48,709 bases of DNA from Bacilli bacterium (GCA_035399485.1 DAOPJC010000001.1:1-48709), one strand, 5' to 3'; counted from the first letter of the stretch, positions 10,182-20,073 are shown. Numbers and translations are program-made. Notes: a model not told the origin generated them from the letters alone.

Positions 10182-10814
10182 CTATTTCTTTTTTATTGGA
10201 TGTCTAATAACTGTTTTTAAATTATCTTCTTTACATTTTCTAGGATCACTTAAATATATTTCATGATGATATCTTTTATCAGTTATATCTAATTCATATC
10301 CATTATCTTCCATATATTGATGCATTAATTCTACTGTTGCTGGCTCGTTATCAAATGGTCCTAAATGCATGCATTGAACACATAATCCTTCATCATATGT
10401 TAAATATTCTACTTTACTAAAATCTTGTTTTTTCTTTTTTGTTGCTTCATTTATAGCCCAATCAAATTCTTCTTTAGTCACAAAATCTGGTAATCTAATT
10501 ATTGAATAGAAGCTAAATTTATCTTTCTTATCATAATCCATTCCATCAATACCATCTTGCCACCAAAATCCTTCTAATGGTGGAACAACATATTGAAAAT
10601 AACCATCTATTTTATGATCACCCTTATAACTCATTTTAATTGTAAAAGCAATTGCATATAATAATCCTATTGAATTTTTATAATCGCCATCTTCATCATT
10701 AGGATTGCCTTTACCTCTTACAGCAATATAATTCATTTTAGGAACTTTTACTATACTAGGTTTATTTTTTGGCATATAAAATTCTTTATATTCTTTTTTA
10801 TAATCAAACGCCAT
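10182..10814 (-). CDS. GyrI-like small-molecule-binding domain protein
   Basis: DYKKEYKEFYMPKNKPSIVKVPKMNYIAVRGKGNPN...PPLEGFWWQ pattern typical of GyrI-like proteins. Confidence 0.65.
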   Translation of the reverse strand: MAFDYKKEYKEFYMPKNKPSIVKVPKMNYIAVRGKGNPNDEDGDYKNSIGLLYAIAFTIKMSYKGDHKIDGYFQYVVPPLEGFWWQDGIDGMDYDKKDKFSFYSIIRLPDFVTKEEFDWAINEATKKKKQDFSKVEYLTYDEGLCVQCMHLGPFDNEPATVELMHQYMEDNGYELDITDKRYHHEIYLSDPRKCKEDNLKTVIRHPIKKK

Positions 10815-10871
10815 ATCTATTCTCCATTCTTTATTATATTATAACATAAAAAAAATAGATTATTTCTAATA

Positions 10872-11444
10872 CTATTCTTTATTTATATCTAATTTACATA
10901 CATTAATAAACTTGTTTTCTCCAACTGTAAATCTCTTGATTTTTGTATCAGAGGGTAATTCTTTTACCTCAAGAATCCAATCAGTTATATTTATAAGCAA
11001 TTTCAAATCATCTTTAATTGCTAAATAATATGGTGATAAATCACTAACATTCTTTATTAAGTAATAATCACCGCCTGTAAAAAAATCAAATAGTGTTTCT
11101 AATTTATTCAATTTTTTTCCATTCGATAAAGCATATATTATCCATGGATTAGGAAAATATTCTTTTAAAGCTTCATTATACCCTTTTACTTTATTATCAT
11201 ACTTTTTCTTATCTAATTCTTTTTTCATTACTAACAATGGTAATTGACTATTATTATCTAATAAATAATCAATTGTTACACCAAATATTTTTGATAATTC
11301 TTGTAAATTAGTAATATCTGGTAATCCACCTTCTGTCTCCCACTTTTTAATTGCTTGTCTAGATACATTCATAATTTCTGCCAAATCTTCTTGAGATAGT
11401 CCAAATCTTTTTCTAATATCTTTTAATTTTTCACTAAATGTCAT
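10872..11444 (-). CDS. XRE-family HTH regulator
   Basis: LSQEDLAEIMNVSRQAIKKWETEGGLPD. Confidence 0.75.
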   Translation of the reverse strand: MTFSEKLKDIRKRFGLSQEDLAEIMNVSRQAIKKWETEGGLPDITNLQELSKIFGVTIDYLLDNNSQLPLLVMKKELDKKKYDNKVKGYNEALKEYFPNPWIIYALSNGKKLNKLETLFDFFTGGDYYLIKNVSDLSPYYLAIKDDLKLLINITDWILEVKELPSDTKIKRFTVGENKFINVCKLDINKE

Positions 11445-11600
11445 ATTATTCCTTCTTTCTTGTCACTAATATTACATTAATAATTATGATTTTAAAAGCA
11501 ATATGTATATACATTTATGCTACTTATCGTGGCAATCTATTAATCTTTCTATTATATTTAACTTGCATCAATTATAACATAAAAAAATAGATTATTAAAT

Positions 11601-12221
11601 CTATTTTCTTTTATAATTATATTGTTTTGGGTCTTCTTTAGCGATATCTGATAATTGCTTTGAACTAACACCAAGTTCTACTAATTCATTTCTTAAAATA
11701 ATAAATTGACATATTTTTTTGTTAATTTCTTCTAAAGCAATCTCATTCTTTTTATTATTAATTATATCATTGTAATCTATACTATCTTCAGTTGGTTCAG
11801 TTCTTTTACAATAACATATTAATTCTGGTTTTCTAATCATTTCTAAATCATAACCTATACCATTATATTTAATTGAAACATAATCTTTATATGCATCAAG
11901 GCGATATTTTTCTTTATAATTATTTGCTACATTAAATAATATAGATAAATTTTTAATATTTTCTAAATCTTCAGCATCATAATTTTCTGGATAATAACTT
12001 GCATCTTGATTATTAAAACATGGTTTAAATAAAGTATAATTTTCTAACCATTTTATATATTTATCATCTGTGGCAATTGATAAATATTTTTCTTTATTTC
12101 CATTTAATCTTTCAATCATTTTTTGATAATATTCTTTTTCTTCTTCATCTGCAGTTTTTTCTGATTCTTCTACTTTTTCAAAATGATTGTCTATTAATTT
12201 TTTCAAATCTTTTTTATTCAT
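11601..12221 (-). CDS. hypothetical protein
   Basis: ORF. I place the start at the second ATG (MNKKDL), which is preceded by an AGGGGGA Shine-Dalgarno. Confidence 0.45.
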   Translation of the reverse strand: MNKKDLKKLIDNHFEKVEESEKTADEEEKEYYQKMIERLNGNKEKYLSIATDDKYIKWLENYTLFKPCFNNQDASYYPENYDAEDLENIKNLSILFNVANNYKEKYRLDAYKDYVSIKYNGIGYDLEMIRKPELICYCKRTEPTEDSIDYNDIINNKKNEIALEEINKKICQFIILRNELVELGVSSKQLSDIAKEDPKQYNYKRK

Positions 12222-12263
12222 ATTCTTTTCCCCCTTTGAAAATTGCATATATTATAACTCATT

Positions 12264-12869
12264 TTATTTTTTTGTCAATTTCTTAATTTTATCGCTATTT
12301 ATAGAATTTATGTACCAATCTGCAAATTCAGTAAAAGAATTTGTAGATTTATCAATCATCCTTCTTGTTTCACGTTCTTCTACTGTCATTTCAGCTAATG
12401 TTTTATCAAATCCATTTGGTTTAAATATATACCATAAATCTGACCATTTTTCTTTTTTGTCATTACCTTTTACCTCACAAGAAAGTTTACCTCTACTTTC
12501 TCCATAAAAACATTTAATCTCAATACCATCATAATATGCAAGACATTCTTTAAACATACAGTTTCTATTTTCTACATCTTTCATTAATTTCAATATACCA
12601 TCAATACCTATCGTATCTAAAGTAAAATTTACAAATGCTCTTGGAAAATCATTTAATTCTTCAATATAAAAACCTGAATCTAAAGCAATACAAGGAGTTT
12701 TTACTATTTGATATGCTTCTAATACTTTTGAACAAGCAATTTCTTTAATATCATCACTTCTTGGTTCTGTAAGTTCATAATCATATGTTTTAAATTTAAT
12801 TTTATCAAATTGTTTTTGAGCTGATGCTACTTTTCCTTTATTGTGTGTTACAAATACTATTTCTTTTAT
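12264..12869 (-). CDS. Ham1/RdgB-family non-canonical purine NTP pyrophosphatase-like protein; conserved N-terminus has no ATG/GTG/TTG start
   Basis: The reading frame is open from 12875. Translation is (V)IKEIVFVTHNKGKVASAQ...IALDSGFYIEEL..., and the ORF track only shows the C-terminal 109 aa from an internal Met. An AGGTGA SD lies 6 nt upstream of the ATA at 12869-12867. Confidence 0.55.
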   Translation of the reverse strand: MKEIVFVTHNKGKVASAQKQFDKIKFKTYDYELTEPRSDDIKEIACSKVLEAYQIVKTPCIALDSGFYIEELNDFPRAFVNFTLDTIGIDGILKLMKDVENRNCMFKECLAYYDGIEIKCFYGESRGKLSCEVKGNDKKEKWSDLWYIFKPNGFDKTLAEMTVEERETRRMIDKSTNSFTEFADWYINSINSDKIKKLTKK

Positions 12870-13795
12870 TACATTTCACCTCTATATTTATATAATCTAT
12901 ATACTAATGGACTATGCTCGACTTTAGATAAATCTTTATTTTTACTTTTTGCTATTTGCTTTGTTAAAAACATAGAATTTATTATACCGTAATAATCATT
13001 AGTTATATAATCATTAGAATATTTTTTAATCTTAATTATTTCCATATAATACTTTTTAAATTCTTCAAGCATTAATACATCTAATTCTTTTTCATTATTA
13101 AAATAAATTAAACTATTATTATTCTTATATGAAGTTGTACTCCTTCCATGACAGTAATCATATTTATCATGGATAACAGGTATGCTAATACCTGATTCTA
13201 TCATCGTAGTTTCTAAGTATTTTATTGAGCTAGAATACTCCAAACCACCTATAATTTCATATATATCATTTTTCTTAATATTGAATTTACTATTTTCGAT
13301 ATCATCTTTTACTCTTCTAAATATTTCTTGAATAGTCTTCAAATAATTTATAGAATCATAATAGTAATATATAATTGATATAGGCATTAATGTGGACGCT
13401 AGCGAAATAAAGCTATTTTCTTTTTCAATACTAGAATCATATTTTATTATTTCTATCCCATTATATTTTTCATTTCCATTAGTTAATAAATAAACATTCT
13501 TATTTCTATGTAAAGAATTTTCCAATACATAGCCTTTACCACTATAACTAAAAACCATAATATTGTCATATAAATTGATATTTTGATAGTTTAAATCTCT
13601 AGCACTCATAAATGTATTTATTCCTTTAGTATCTAATACTTTTTTTGCAAATTCAGCTACAACACTAGAACCGCCGGCTCCAATAAAAATTGTATTACCT
13701 TTAATACTGTTTAATTGGTCTTTTATTCGTGTTAAATCTGTTATATTTAAAGTATCAATTACTCTATCTAATAGCATTTTAAAATTTTCTTCCAT
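12869..13795 (-). CDS. SIS (sugar isomerase/phosphosugar-binding) domain protein
   Basis: GNTIFIGAGGSSVVAEFAKK SIS nucleotide/sugar-phosphate loop. Start moved to the ATG behind GGGAGG (MEENFK). Confidence 0.6.
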   Translation of the reverse strand: MEENFKMLLDRVIDTLNITDLTRIKDQLNSIKGNTIFIGAGGSSVVAEFAKKVLDTKGINTFMSARDLNYQNINLYDNIMVFSYSGKGYVLENSLHRNKNVYLLTNGNEKYNGIEIIKYDSSIEKENSFISLASTLMPISIIYYYYDSINYLKTIQEIFRRVKDDIENSKFNIKKNDIYEIIGGLEYSSSIKYLETTMIESGISIPVIHDKYDYCHGRSTTSYKNNNSLIYFNNEKELDVLMLEEFKKYYMEIIKIKKYSNDYITNDYYGIINSMFLTKQIAKSKNKDLSKVEHSPLVYRLYKYRGEM

Positions 13796-13845
13796 AAAAA
13801 ACCTCCCTAAGTACATTTTAATACTTAAAGAGGTAATATATTGTC

Positions 13846-14424
13846 TTATTCATAAGATTCATTTAATAATTCACATTTTATTATTCTACTTAATTCAAAA
13901 TGTCGCATATCTTTTCTTAATGTACAATATGCTGCACATCCCCAACCATTATTATATAAAAACATATCATAAGGATATATTATTCTTTCGGTTTCACCTT
14001 TATTAAATGAAAAGTATAATATTTTAACTTTCTTTTTTTCTTTTATAGCTTTAGTTAATAGATTATACTTTGGTAATATTTCTTCATTAAGTTCATTACT
14101 CTCTTGTTTACTACCTTGATATATTCCTCTAATTTTATCTTTTAATATTTCTAATTTTTCATCTTTAATATCGATATTATTTAACAATTCATAATCTTCT
14201 TTGCTAAATTTTCTTTTAGGTATTCTTATAGATTGATTTAGTACATAACCACCATATGGTCCTCTAATAGTATCAATATAAATTCCAGCTTTATCTAATT
14301 CTTCTTTATATATTCTTACCATACGGGGTGTAACTTCTAATATTTTAGATAATTCATCAATAGTATATTTCCTATTATCATTTAATAGTTCTAGCATTGT
14401 TATTACATTTGAAATTTTTGACAT
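13846..14424 (-). CDS. HTH + WYL-domain transcriptional regulator
   Basis: N-terminal DeoR/HTH_11-like segment YTIDELSKILEVTPRMVRIYKEELDKAGIYI. C-terminal segment ILYFSFNKGETERIIYPYDMFLYNNGWGCAAYC is WYL-like. Confidence 0.65.
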   Translation of the reverse strand: MSKISNVITMLELLNDNRKYTIDELSKILEVTPRMVRIYKEELDKAGIYIDTIRGPYGGYVLNQSIRIPKRKFSKEDYELLNNIDIKDEKLEILKDKIRGIYQGSKQESNELNEEILPKYNLLTKAIKEKKKVKILYFSFNKGETERIIYPYDMFLYNNGWGCAAYCTLRKDMRHFELSRIIKCELLNESYE

Positions 14425-14431
14425 AAAACAC

Positions 14432-14737
14432 CTATTTTTTTAATCCTTCTACTGTATCTAATACTACATCTCTAATATATTCTTTATCTTCAATATTACT
14501 AATATGATACATAAGTTTTGCTACTGGATAAGGTATAGCTTTTTCCATATTATATTTTTCATTAGTATCAACTATTTTAACAAGTAATCTGCTGTCATAT
14601 ATACCACCAAATAATGTACCATCATAATATAATAAATATTCACCCATCATTGATCTACAATAAATTGAATCTAATAAGCTTAATTCTTCTAATATATAAT
14701 CTCTATAGTCTTTTGTAGTAGCCATTTTTTCCTCCAT
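14432..14737 (-). CDS. TfoX N-terminal domain protein
   Basis: RSMMGEYLLYYDGTLFGGIYDSRLLVK pattern. Confidence 0.55.
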   Translation of the reverse strand: MEEKMATTKDYRDYILEELSLLDSIYCRSMMGEYLLYYDGTLFGGIYDSRLLVKIVDTNEKYNMEKAIPYPVAKLMYHISNIEDKEYIRDVVLDTVEGLKK

Positions 14738-15171
14738 TAAATCTTTTTATAAACAATTATTTCTGGATTACTTCCATTACACCCATATTTACATATTAAT
14801 AAATAGTTATTATCTGAAGCAATTCCATAGCAATTATCATTATCTATTTCTACTTGATTAGCCCAATATATATCATTATCTTCAAGTAATTTAATATGTT
14901 TTTTATTAGGTAAAGTATATTCCATATTAATATAAGAACCATTTAATAAATTTAAATCATCTATTTGAAGTTTATCTATATTTAATGAATTTACTTCTTT
15001 AATTATTTTATTTTTACATGAAATAATTTTTTCAAATCCACCATTTTTTATACAATTAGCCGCAATACAATTTCCACCACATGGATGTCCATTTGTTTCT
15101 ATACACCCTGCACATTCTTTATCTTTTTTAGGACATTCTAAGCAACAATCTGCTCCACATATAGTTTTCAT
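14737..15171 (-). CDS. cysteine-rich protein, function unknown
   Basis: N-terminal CGADCCLECPKKDKECAGCIETNGHPCGGNCIAANC. Confidence 0.45.
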   Translation of the reverse strand: MKTICGADCCLECPKKDKECAGCIETNGHPCGGNCIAANCIKNGGFEKIISCKNKIIKEVNSLNIDKLQIDDLNLLNGSYINMEYTLPNKKHIKLLEDNDIYWANQVEIDNDNCYGIASDNNYLLICKYGCNGSNPEIIVYKKI

Positions 15172-15182
15172 TTAATCACTCC

Positions 15183-15602
15183 TTAATCTATATTAAAATC
15201 CTCAGTTTTTAAATTACAGTAATATCTCCCATTAATAGCTGTAAATTTTAAAACACAATAATCTGGATCTGTAACACCTTTTTTATAATAAATGGTATCA
15301 CCCTTTTTCCATATCATATTTTTTGTTTCTTGATCAGTTAATACTTCCATTTTCCCTTTTAGCATAACTCCTATATATTTAATTAATCCTTTATGATAAA
15401 AGTATATACTAGCATTAGGATTATTTAAATATTGTTTTACTCTCATAGATGAAGTATTAGTAGAAAAATAAAATTCTTTTAAACCATTTCTCTTTCGAGG
15501 TTTAAGCATAGCCTTCATATTAGGATAATTTTCATTATCTATTGAACATATAAAGCTAACATTTTGTTTATCAATAAATCTTTGTATTTCTTCTAAATTC
15601 AT
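15183..15602 (-). CDS. pyridoxamine 5'-phosphate oxidase-like FMN-binding split-barrel protein
   Basis: Size and pattern (FICSIDNENYPNMKAM...ASIYFY...MLKGKMEVL). Confidence 0.55.
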   Translation of the reverse strand: MNLEEIQRFIDKQNVSFICSIDNENYPNMKAMLKPRKRNGLKEFYFSTNTSSMRVKQYLNNPNASIYFYHKGLIKYIGVMLKGKMEVLTDQETKNMIWKKGDTIYYKKGVTDPDYCVLKFTAINGRYYCNLKTEDFNID

Positions 15603-15611
15603 AATATCTCC

Positions 15612-16073
15612 TTAATTCTTTTTATTCCAATATATATGAGCTTCTTCTTTAGTAAGCTTTCTTACTTCTGTATTTGGATATTCTATATATTTTTCTTCTT
15701 TAAATAATGCTTTATTATTAGTACATTTTTTATCTTTATTATTATTTAAATAATTTAACATTTGATTATCATCAACAAATATCTTGTAAGATTTTCTACC
15801 CGTTTTACTAATTATTTCATATACACCACAACATTTTTTATTAATGTAATCAGCCGTTCTTAAATATAATTTAGCAACTCCAAATGTTTTAAAAGGAAAA
15901 TTCCATCTTCTTAATTTCCTTGTTTTATGTTCATCTATACAAATATATCTGCCACATTTACTACATATATATTGTTCATGATTAATTAAGCAATCTAAAT
16001 CACCAAGTCTAGGTTTTTTAGTATTATCATCACTATAACATTCAATACACTTCATAAATATACTCACTTTCAA
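15612..16073 (-). CDS. cysteine-rich hypothetical protein
   Basis: CIEC...C...CSKCGRYIC zinc-ribbon-like pairs. Confidence 0.4.
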   Translation of the reverse strand: MKVSIFMKCIECYSDDNTKKPRLGDLDCLINHEQYICSKCGRYICIDEHKTRKLRRWNFPFKTFGVAKLYLRTADYINKKCCGVYEIISKTGRKSYKIFVDDNQMLNYLNNNKDKKCTNNKALFKEEKYIEYPNTEVRKLTKEEAHIYWNKKN

Positions 16074-16127
16074 ATCAATATTTATTAAATATATTATACA
16101 ACAAAAAAGATAGATTTTTGTATTAAT

Positions 16128-16373
16128 CTATCTTTTTATTATATGTGCTGTAATAATAGTATAACTATATGAATTAATAGTTAATACTATATTATCTATT
16201 TTACAATACCAGTTTTTACCTTCTTTATAAATATTACAATTTTTATTTAAAATTATACTTTTACAATATTCCACTACATCAGACATTTCTAAGTTTAAAT
16301 TTTTTTTAATTCTATCGACACCCATTGTTGTAGTATGAATTCTATTTATATTTAATAGTAAATCATTTCTCAT
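16128..16373 (-). CDS. DUF3781-like protein
   Basis: IHTTTMGVDRIKKNL...GKNWYC...YTIITAH matches the DUF3781 pattern. Confidence 0.6.
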   Translation of the reverse strand: MRNDLLLNINRIHTTTMGVDRIKKNLNLEMSDVVEYCKSIILNKNCNIYKEGKNWYCKIDNIVLTINSYSYTIITAHIIKR

Positions 16374-16377
16374 AATG

Positions 16378-16779
16378 TTATTTTGTTTTATTTAAAATTG
16401 CTGTAGTAATTAAGTAAATAATCACTCCTACTAGGGCAGTGTAAGTTGGTATCATTAATACTAGATCATTTTTTATAAAATAACCTACTAATCCTATAGA
16501 TAATAGTATTATTAATAAGCAATTAAGAGTAAATGCTTTTGCTTCATTAGCAATTGATTTTAATCTTTCATCTTTCTCTAATATCTCATATTCTTTAGCT
16601 TTATTTGCATCTTTTGATATTTTTGATAATCTATATAACATTACTATATTTGATCCAATTATACTTGAACAAAATCCAATTCCAAAACTATTATCATATA
16701 TAACTGCAACTACTAATCCAGCTATACTTAATACTAACGCTGCTAAACTTAATATTATTCTACATTTAATTTTTTTCAT
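16378..16779 (-). CDS. small membrane protein partnered with the upstream XRE gene
   Basis: Four hydrophobic helices. Its start overlaps the stop of 16776-17015 by 4 nt. Confidence 0.55.
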   Translation of the reverse strand: MKKIKCRIILSLAALVLSIAGLVVAVIYDNSFGIGFCSSIIGSNIVMLYRLSKISKDANKAKEYEILEKDERLKSIANEAKAFTLNCLLIILLSIGLVGYFIKNDLVLMIPTYTALVGVIIYLITTAILNKTK

Positions 16780-17015
16780 TTTTTTTCCTCCTCATAAATG
16801 AATATTTCTTCTATTTTTTTATTAAATATTTTACTAATCTTGAAAGCTAAAAATATACTTGGTGCATATCTATAATTTTCTAATGATGATATTGTTTGTC
16901 TAGATACTTCACACATCCTAGCAAGTTCTTCTTGACTAATACCCAATTCTTTTCTGAAATTTTCGACATTGTTTTTGATAGTATCACTCCTTTGTAAAAT
17001 TAACTTTACATTCAT
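16776..17015 (-). CDS. small XRE-family HTH regulator
   Basis: ISQEELARMCEVSRQTISSLENYRYAPS. A TTGACA-17 nt-TATACT promoter lies upstream. Confidence 0.75.
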   Translation of the reverse strand: MNVKLILQRSDTIKNNVENFRKELGISQEELARMCEVSRQTISSLENYRYAPSIFLAFKISKIFNKKIEEIFIYEEEKK

Positions 17016-17098
17016 AGTATAGTACCATAGAAATATTTTGTCAAGTTTATTTTACATTTTTTATAAAAAAAATAGAAAGTTCAATATTTGAATTTCTA

Positions 17099-17683
17099 TT
17101 ATATATTTTTCCTATATAAACCATCTTTATTGCAATAAACATAAATTATTCCTCTTCCTTTTTTCAAAAATCTTACTTCGATACTTTGTTCTGGATATAA
17201 TTTAACAAATTCACATTTTTCATTAGTAATATACGCAATAAAAGATATGTAATGTTGTTTTGTCATAGAATGATCAAGTGTTATATAGTACTCATTTTCC
17301 ACTAATTCGCAATTAATTCTATGTTCCTTATCTTCAATTTCAGCTTCTAAAATTGGAAGTACTATGCCGCAACAGGATACTACATTTTCACCTATTGTAT
17401 GAATAACATTTCCACATATAGGACAAACATAAAATTTAGAGTTTAGCATATTGCTTGCGATGTTATTGTTAGTAATATTCTCACCTTTCATAAGTTCTAT
17501 TACCGAAACACCTAATGCAGTCGCAAGTGGCTCAATTAAAGTTATATCTGGTAAACCATTACCTGTTTCCCATTTACTTATTGCCTTATCAGTCACATTA
17601 AGAATATTTGCTAATTCTAATTGTGTTATCTTTTTACCTTCTCTTAATTTCTTTATCAATTTTCCAGTAACATAATTATTCAT
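17099..17683 (-). CDS. XRE HTH fused to a desulfoferrodoxin/superoxide-reductase-like domain
   Basis: HTH segment ITQLELANILNVTDKAISKWETGNGLPD. Next comes CPICGNVIHTIGENVVSCCG (desulforedoxin-like CxxC...CC). Then KEH...HSMTKQHYISFI...YCNKDG resembles SOR centre II. Confidence 0.65.
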   Translation of the reverse strand: MNNYVTGKLIKKLREGKKITQLELANILNVTDKAISKWETGNGLPDITLIEPLATALGVSVIELMKGENITNNNIASNMLNSKFYVCPICGNVIHTIGENVVSCCGIVLPILEAEIEDKEHRINCELVENEYYITLDHSMTKQHYISFIAYITNEKCEFVKLYPEQSIEVRFLKKGRGIIYVYCNKDGLYRKNI

Positions 17684-17757
17684 ACTATCCCTCCATACTT
17701 ATTTATATTATACATTTAATAAATAGTATTGCACCCTACTCTTCGTAGATAAAATTA

Positions 17758-18156
17758 TTATCTTCTATTTGGTCTTCTTTTAATTTGAAGTAATTTAATT
17801 AAGTCTTCAAAAATTGAATCATTTTCTAAATTAAACATTACCCATTTTCCATCATGAAATGTTTCTGCTTCATCGTAAATATTCATTACTTCTATAGAAA
17901 TATTATTTCTTATTTCTTCTACTTTATTTCTTTCTTCCTTGCCAAAAATAATCATAAAACCTAATACACTTTCTTTAAAATAGAAAGCACATAAAGTTTT
18001 ACTACCTTTTCTATATTTATACTCATAATTCCATTTTCTTCCACCATTATTCCATATTCTATCCATATCATATAATGTTTCTATTTTACCTGCCATTTCA
18101 AAGAATAAATCTATTTTTTCTAATCCTACTAAATTTTCTAATTCTGTTTTTTCCAT
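17758..18156 (-). CDS. DUF3788-like protein
   Basis: Pattern WNYEYKYRKGSKTLCAFYFKESVLGFMIIFGKEE. Confidence 0.5.
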   Translation of the reverse strand: MEKTELENLVGLEKIDLFFEMAGKIETLYDMDRIWNNGGRKWNYEYKYRKGSKTLCAFYFKESVLGFMIIFGKEERNKVEEIRNNISIEVMNIYDEAETFHDGKWVMFNLENDSIFEDLIKLLQIKRRPNRR

Positions 18157-18215
18157 AAATTCTCCTTATATAATTAATATAAGTATACTATAAAAAAGAA
18201 AGATTTACATCTTTC

Positions 18216-18686
18216 TTAACGGCTTTTATCTTTATATAAAAATATAGATATAATATTTAAAGTATTAGAAATAAATACCATTACTATAACTAAAATAAAT
18301 ATTATAATATTCTTAATACTATTTAATGGTAATATATTAATAATAAACATCGCAATTAAAGTGTTAAACATTAATATACCTAACATCTTATTTTCAAATT
18401 TTTTATTTTTATTATCAACATCTTTTAATACTTCTTTTAAATTATTTTCTGCTTCATTTTTAAAATCTTTATCTGTTAATCTATTTCCTTTAATTAATTC
18501 ATTTAATGATACATCTAATGTCTCACATAAATAAATCATAATAGAATAATCTGGTAATGTTTTGCCATTTTCCCAACGACTTACTGATTTGTTACTAACA
18601 TTTAATTTTTCAGCTAATTGTTCTTGAGTCATATTCTTTTCTTTTCTTAATTTAGAAATAAATTTACCAATCTTCTCTTGATTCAT
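18216..18686 (-). CDS. XRE-family HTH regulator with C-terminal TM segments
   Basis: MTQEQLAEKLNVSNKSVSRWENGKTLPD plus two C-terminal hydrophobic helices. Confidence 0.75.
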   Translation of the reverse strand: MNQEKIGKFISKLRKEKNMTQEQLAEKLNVSNKSVSRWENGKTLPDYSIMIYLCETLDVSLNELIKGNRLTDKDFKNEAENNLKEVLKDVDNKNKKFENKMLGILMFNTLIAMFIINILPLNSIKNIIIFILVIVMVFISNTLNIISIFLYKDKSR

Positions 18687-18757
18687 AATATTCCCTCTTT
18701 CTTAAAATAATTTTATAATATTTTAAACTAATTTTACAGGACAAGAACTGAGAATTA

Positions 18758-19516
18758 TTATTTATTTAGTTTATATATTGCTAGTAAATTTTTTTCATTT
18801 TCTAAATTTTCTTCTACATATAATGTTTTATTAAATTTAATACTATTTTTTTCTAAACATAGTTCTAGGAAACATAAGAATATACCAACATCAATTTGAT
18901 TATAATATATCACTTTATTTTTAGGCATTATACCTATTTTTCCTTCTTTTCTATATCTATAAATTTTTAATTCATCATCTGATGATTCTACTATCCAAGG
19001 TTGTGTATTACAAGCACTTGGTGCAAATCTTATTATATTTCCTATATTTGTATAATCATTGCCAATCCAAATTTCAGATAATTCTTTTCTTTTACTTTTA
19101 TACATATCTTTTCTAAATTTATCTTCTGAGTCAATCTTTCCTATGGCCATCATTATTACAAAATCTAAATCATTTATTTTGTCTTCTTTTGTTTTACCTA
19201 TACCAAACCATAATGTTCCAATATTTTTTGAAACTAAATATAAATCTAATTGTTCTCCTAAATATCCTATATTTTGTAAATAGTTATCCTTTTTTTCTGA
19301 GTAAAATAAAATGCAGTATTCTTGACCTCTTTTACAAGTAGTAGAATTCTTAACAATTTTTATTTCTACTTTGATATCTTTTATTAAAGGTTTAAATGTA
19401 GAAAATATCTTTTCTATTTCTTCTATTTCTTCATCGCTAATTCTTTCTTTGCCAACATCTCTAAAAAGATGAAAAGATTTTCTTTTAAAAATCATCTCAT
19501 ACAAATCATTATTCAT
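18758..19516 (-). CDS. nitroreductase-family protein
   Basis: RKSFHLFRD near the N-terminus and APSACNTQPW. Confidence 0.65.
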   Translation of the reverse strand: MNNDLYEMIFKRKSFHLFRDVGKERISDEEIEEIEKIFSTFKPLIKDIKVEIKIVKNSTTCKRGQEYCILFYSEKKDNYLQNIGYLGEQLDLYLVSKNIGTLWFGIGKTKEDKINDLDFVIMMAIGKIDSEDKFRKDMYKSKRKELSEIWIGNDYTNIGNIIRFAPSACNTQPWIVESSDDELKIYRYRKEGKIGIMPKNKVIYYNQIDVGIFLCFLELCLEKNSIKFNKTLYVEENLENEKNLLAIYKLNK

Positions 19517-19656
19517 TAATTCACCTCTATCAATTAATTGAATTATATCATATATTATAATAATATTTTAAATATATTATAAAATAAAACTCACATTTAT
19601 CATCATTAAGATTTGTGAGTTTTTAAATAATTTTTTTGATGTCTTTTAATTATACT

Positions 19657-20073
19657 TTATTCTTTTGAACTAAAATATGTCAAAACAAATGCAAGTCCAA
19701 TTCCTAATAACACAAATGAAATAGCACCTCGACAAAAATCATTAAATGCACCACCTACAAAAATACTAATTGTATATATAGCCATCACTATTAAAAATAG
19801 AATTCCTGTCCTTAATATTAAATTTGCATTATTTTTTGCTTTATTTGTATCTTTTTTAATCTTTTCTTTTATTTTTGGATCACTTTTTAATAATTCATCT
19901 AAACTTATTTGATATAATTCACTTAAATTAATAATACTTATTATATCTGGTAAAGACTTACCATTTTCCCAATTTGATATAGTTTGTCTTGATATCATAA
20001 TTTTATCAGCAACTTCTTCTTGAGTTAAACTTAAATTCAATCTAGCTATTTTTAGTTTTTCGTTAATTTTCAT
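19657..20073 (-). CDS. XRE-family HTH regulator with C-terminal TM segments
   Basis: LTQEEVADKIMISRQTISNWENGKSLPD plus hydrophobic C-terminus. Paralogue of 8607-9182 and shares its promoter motif. Confidence 0.75.
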   Translation of the reverse strand: MKINEKLKIARLNLSLTQEEVADKIMISRQTISNWENGKSLPDIISIINLSELYQISLDELLKSDPKIKEKIKKDTNKAKNNANLILRTGILFLIVMAIYTISIFVGGAFNDFCRGAISFVLLGIGLAFVLTYFSSKE

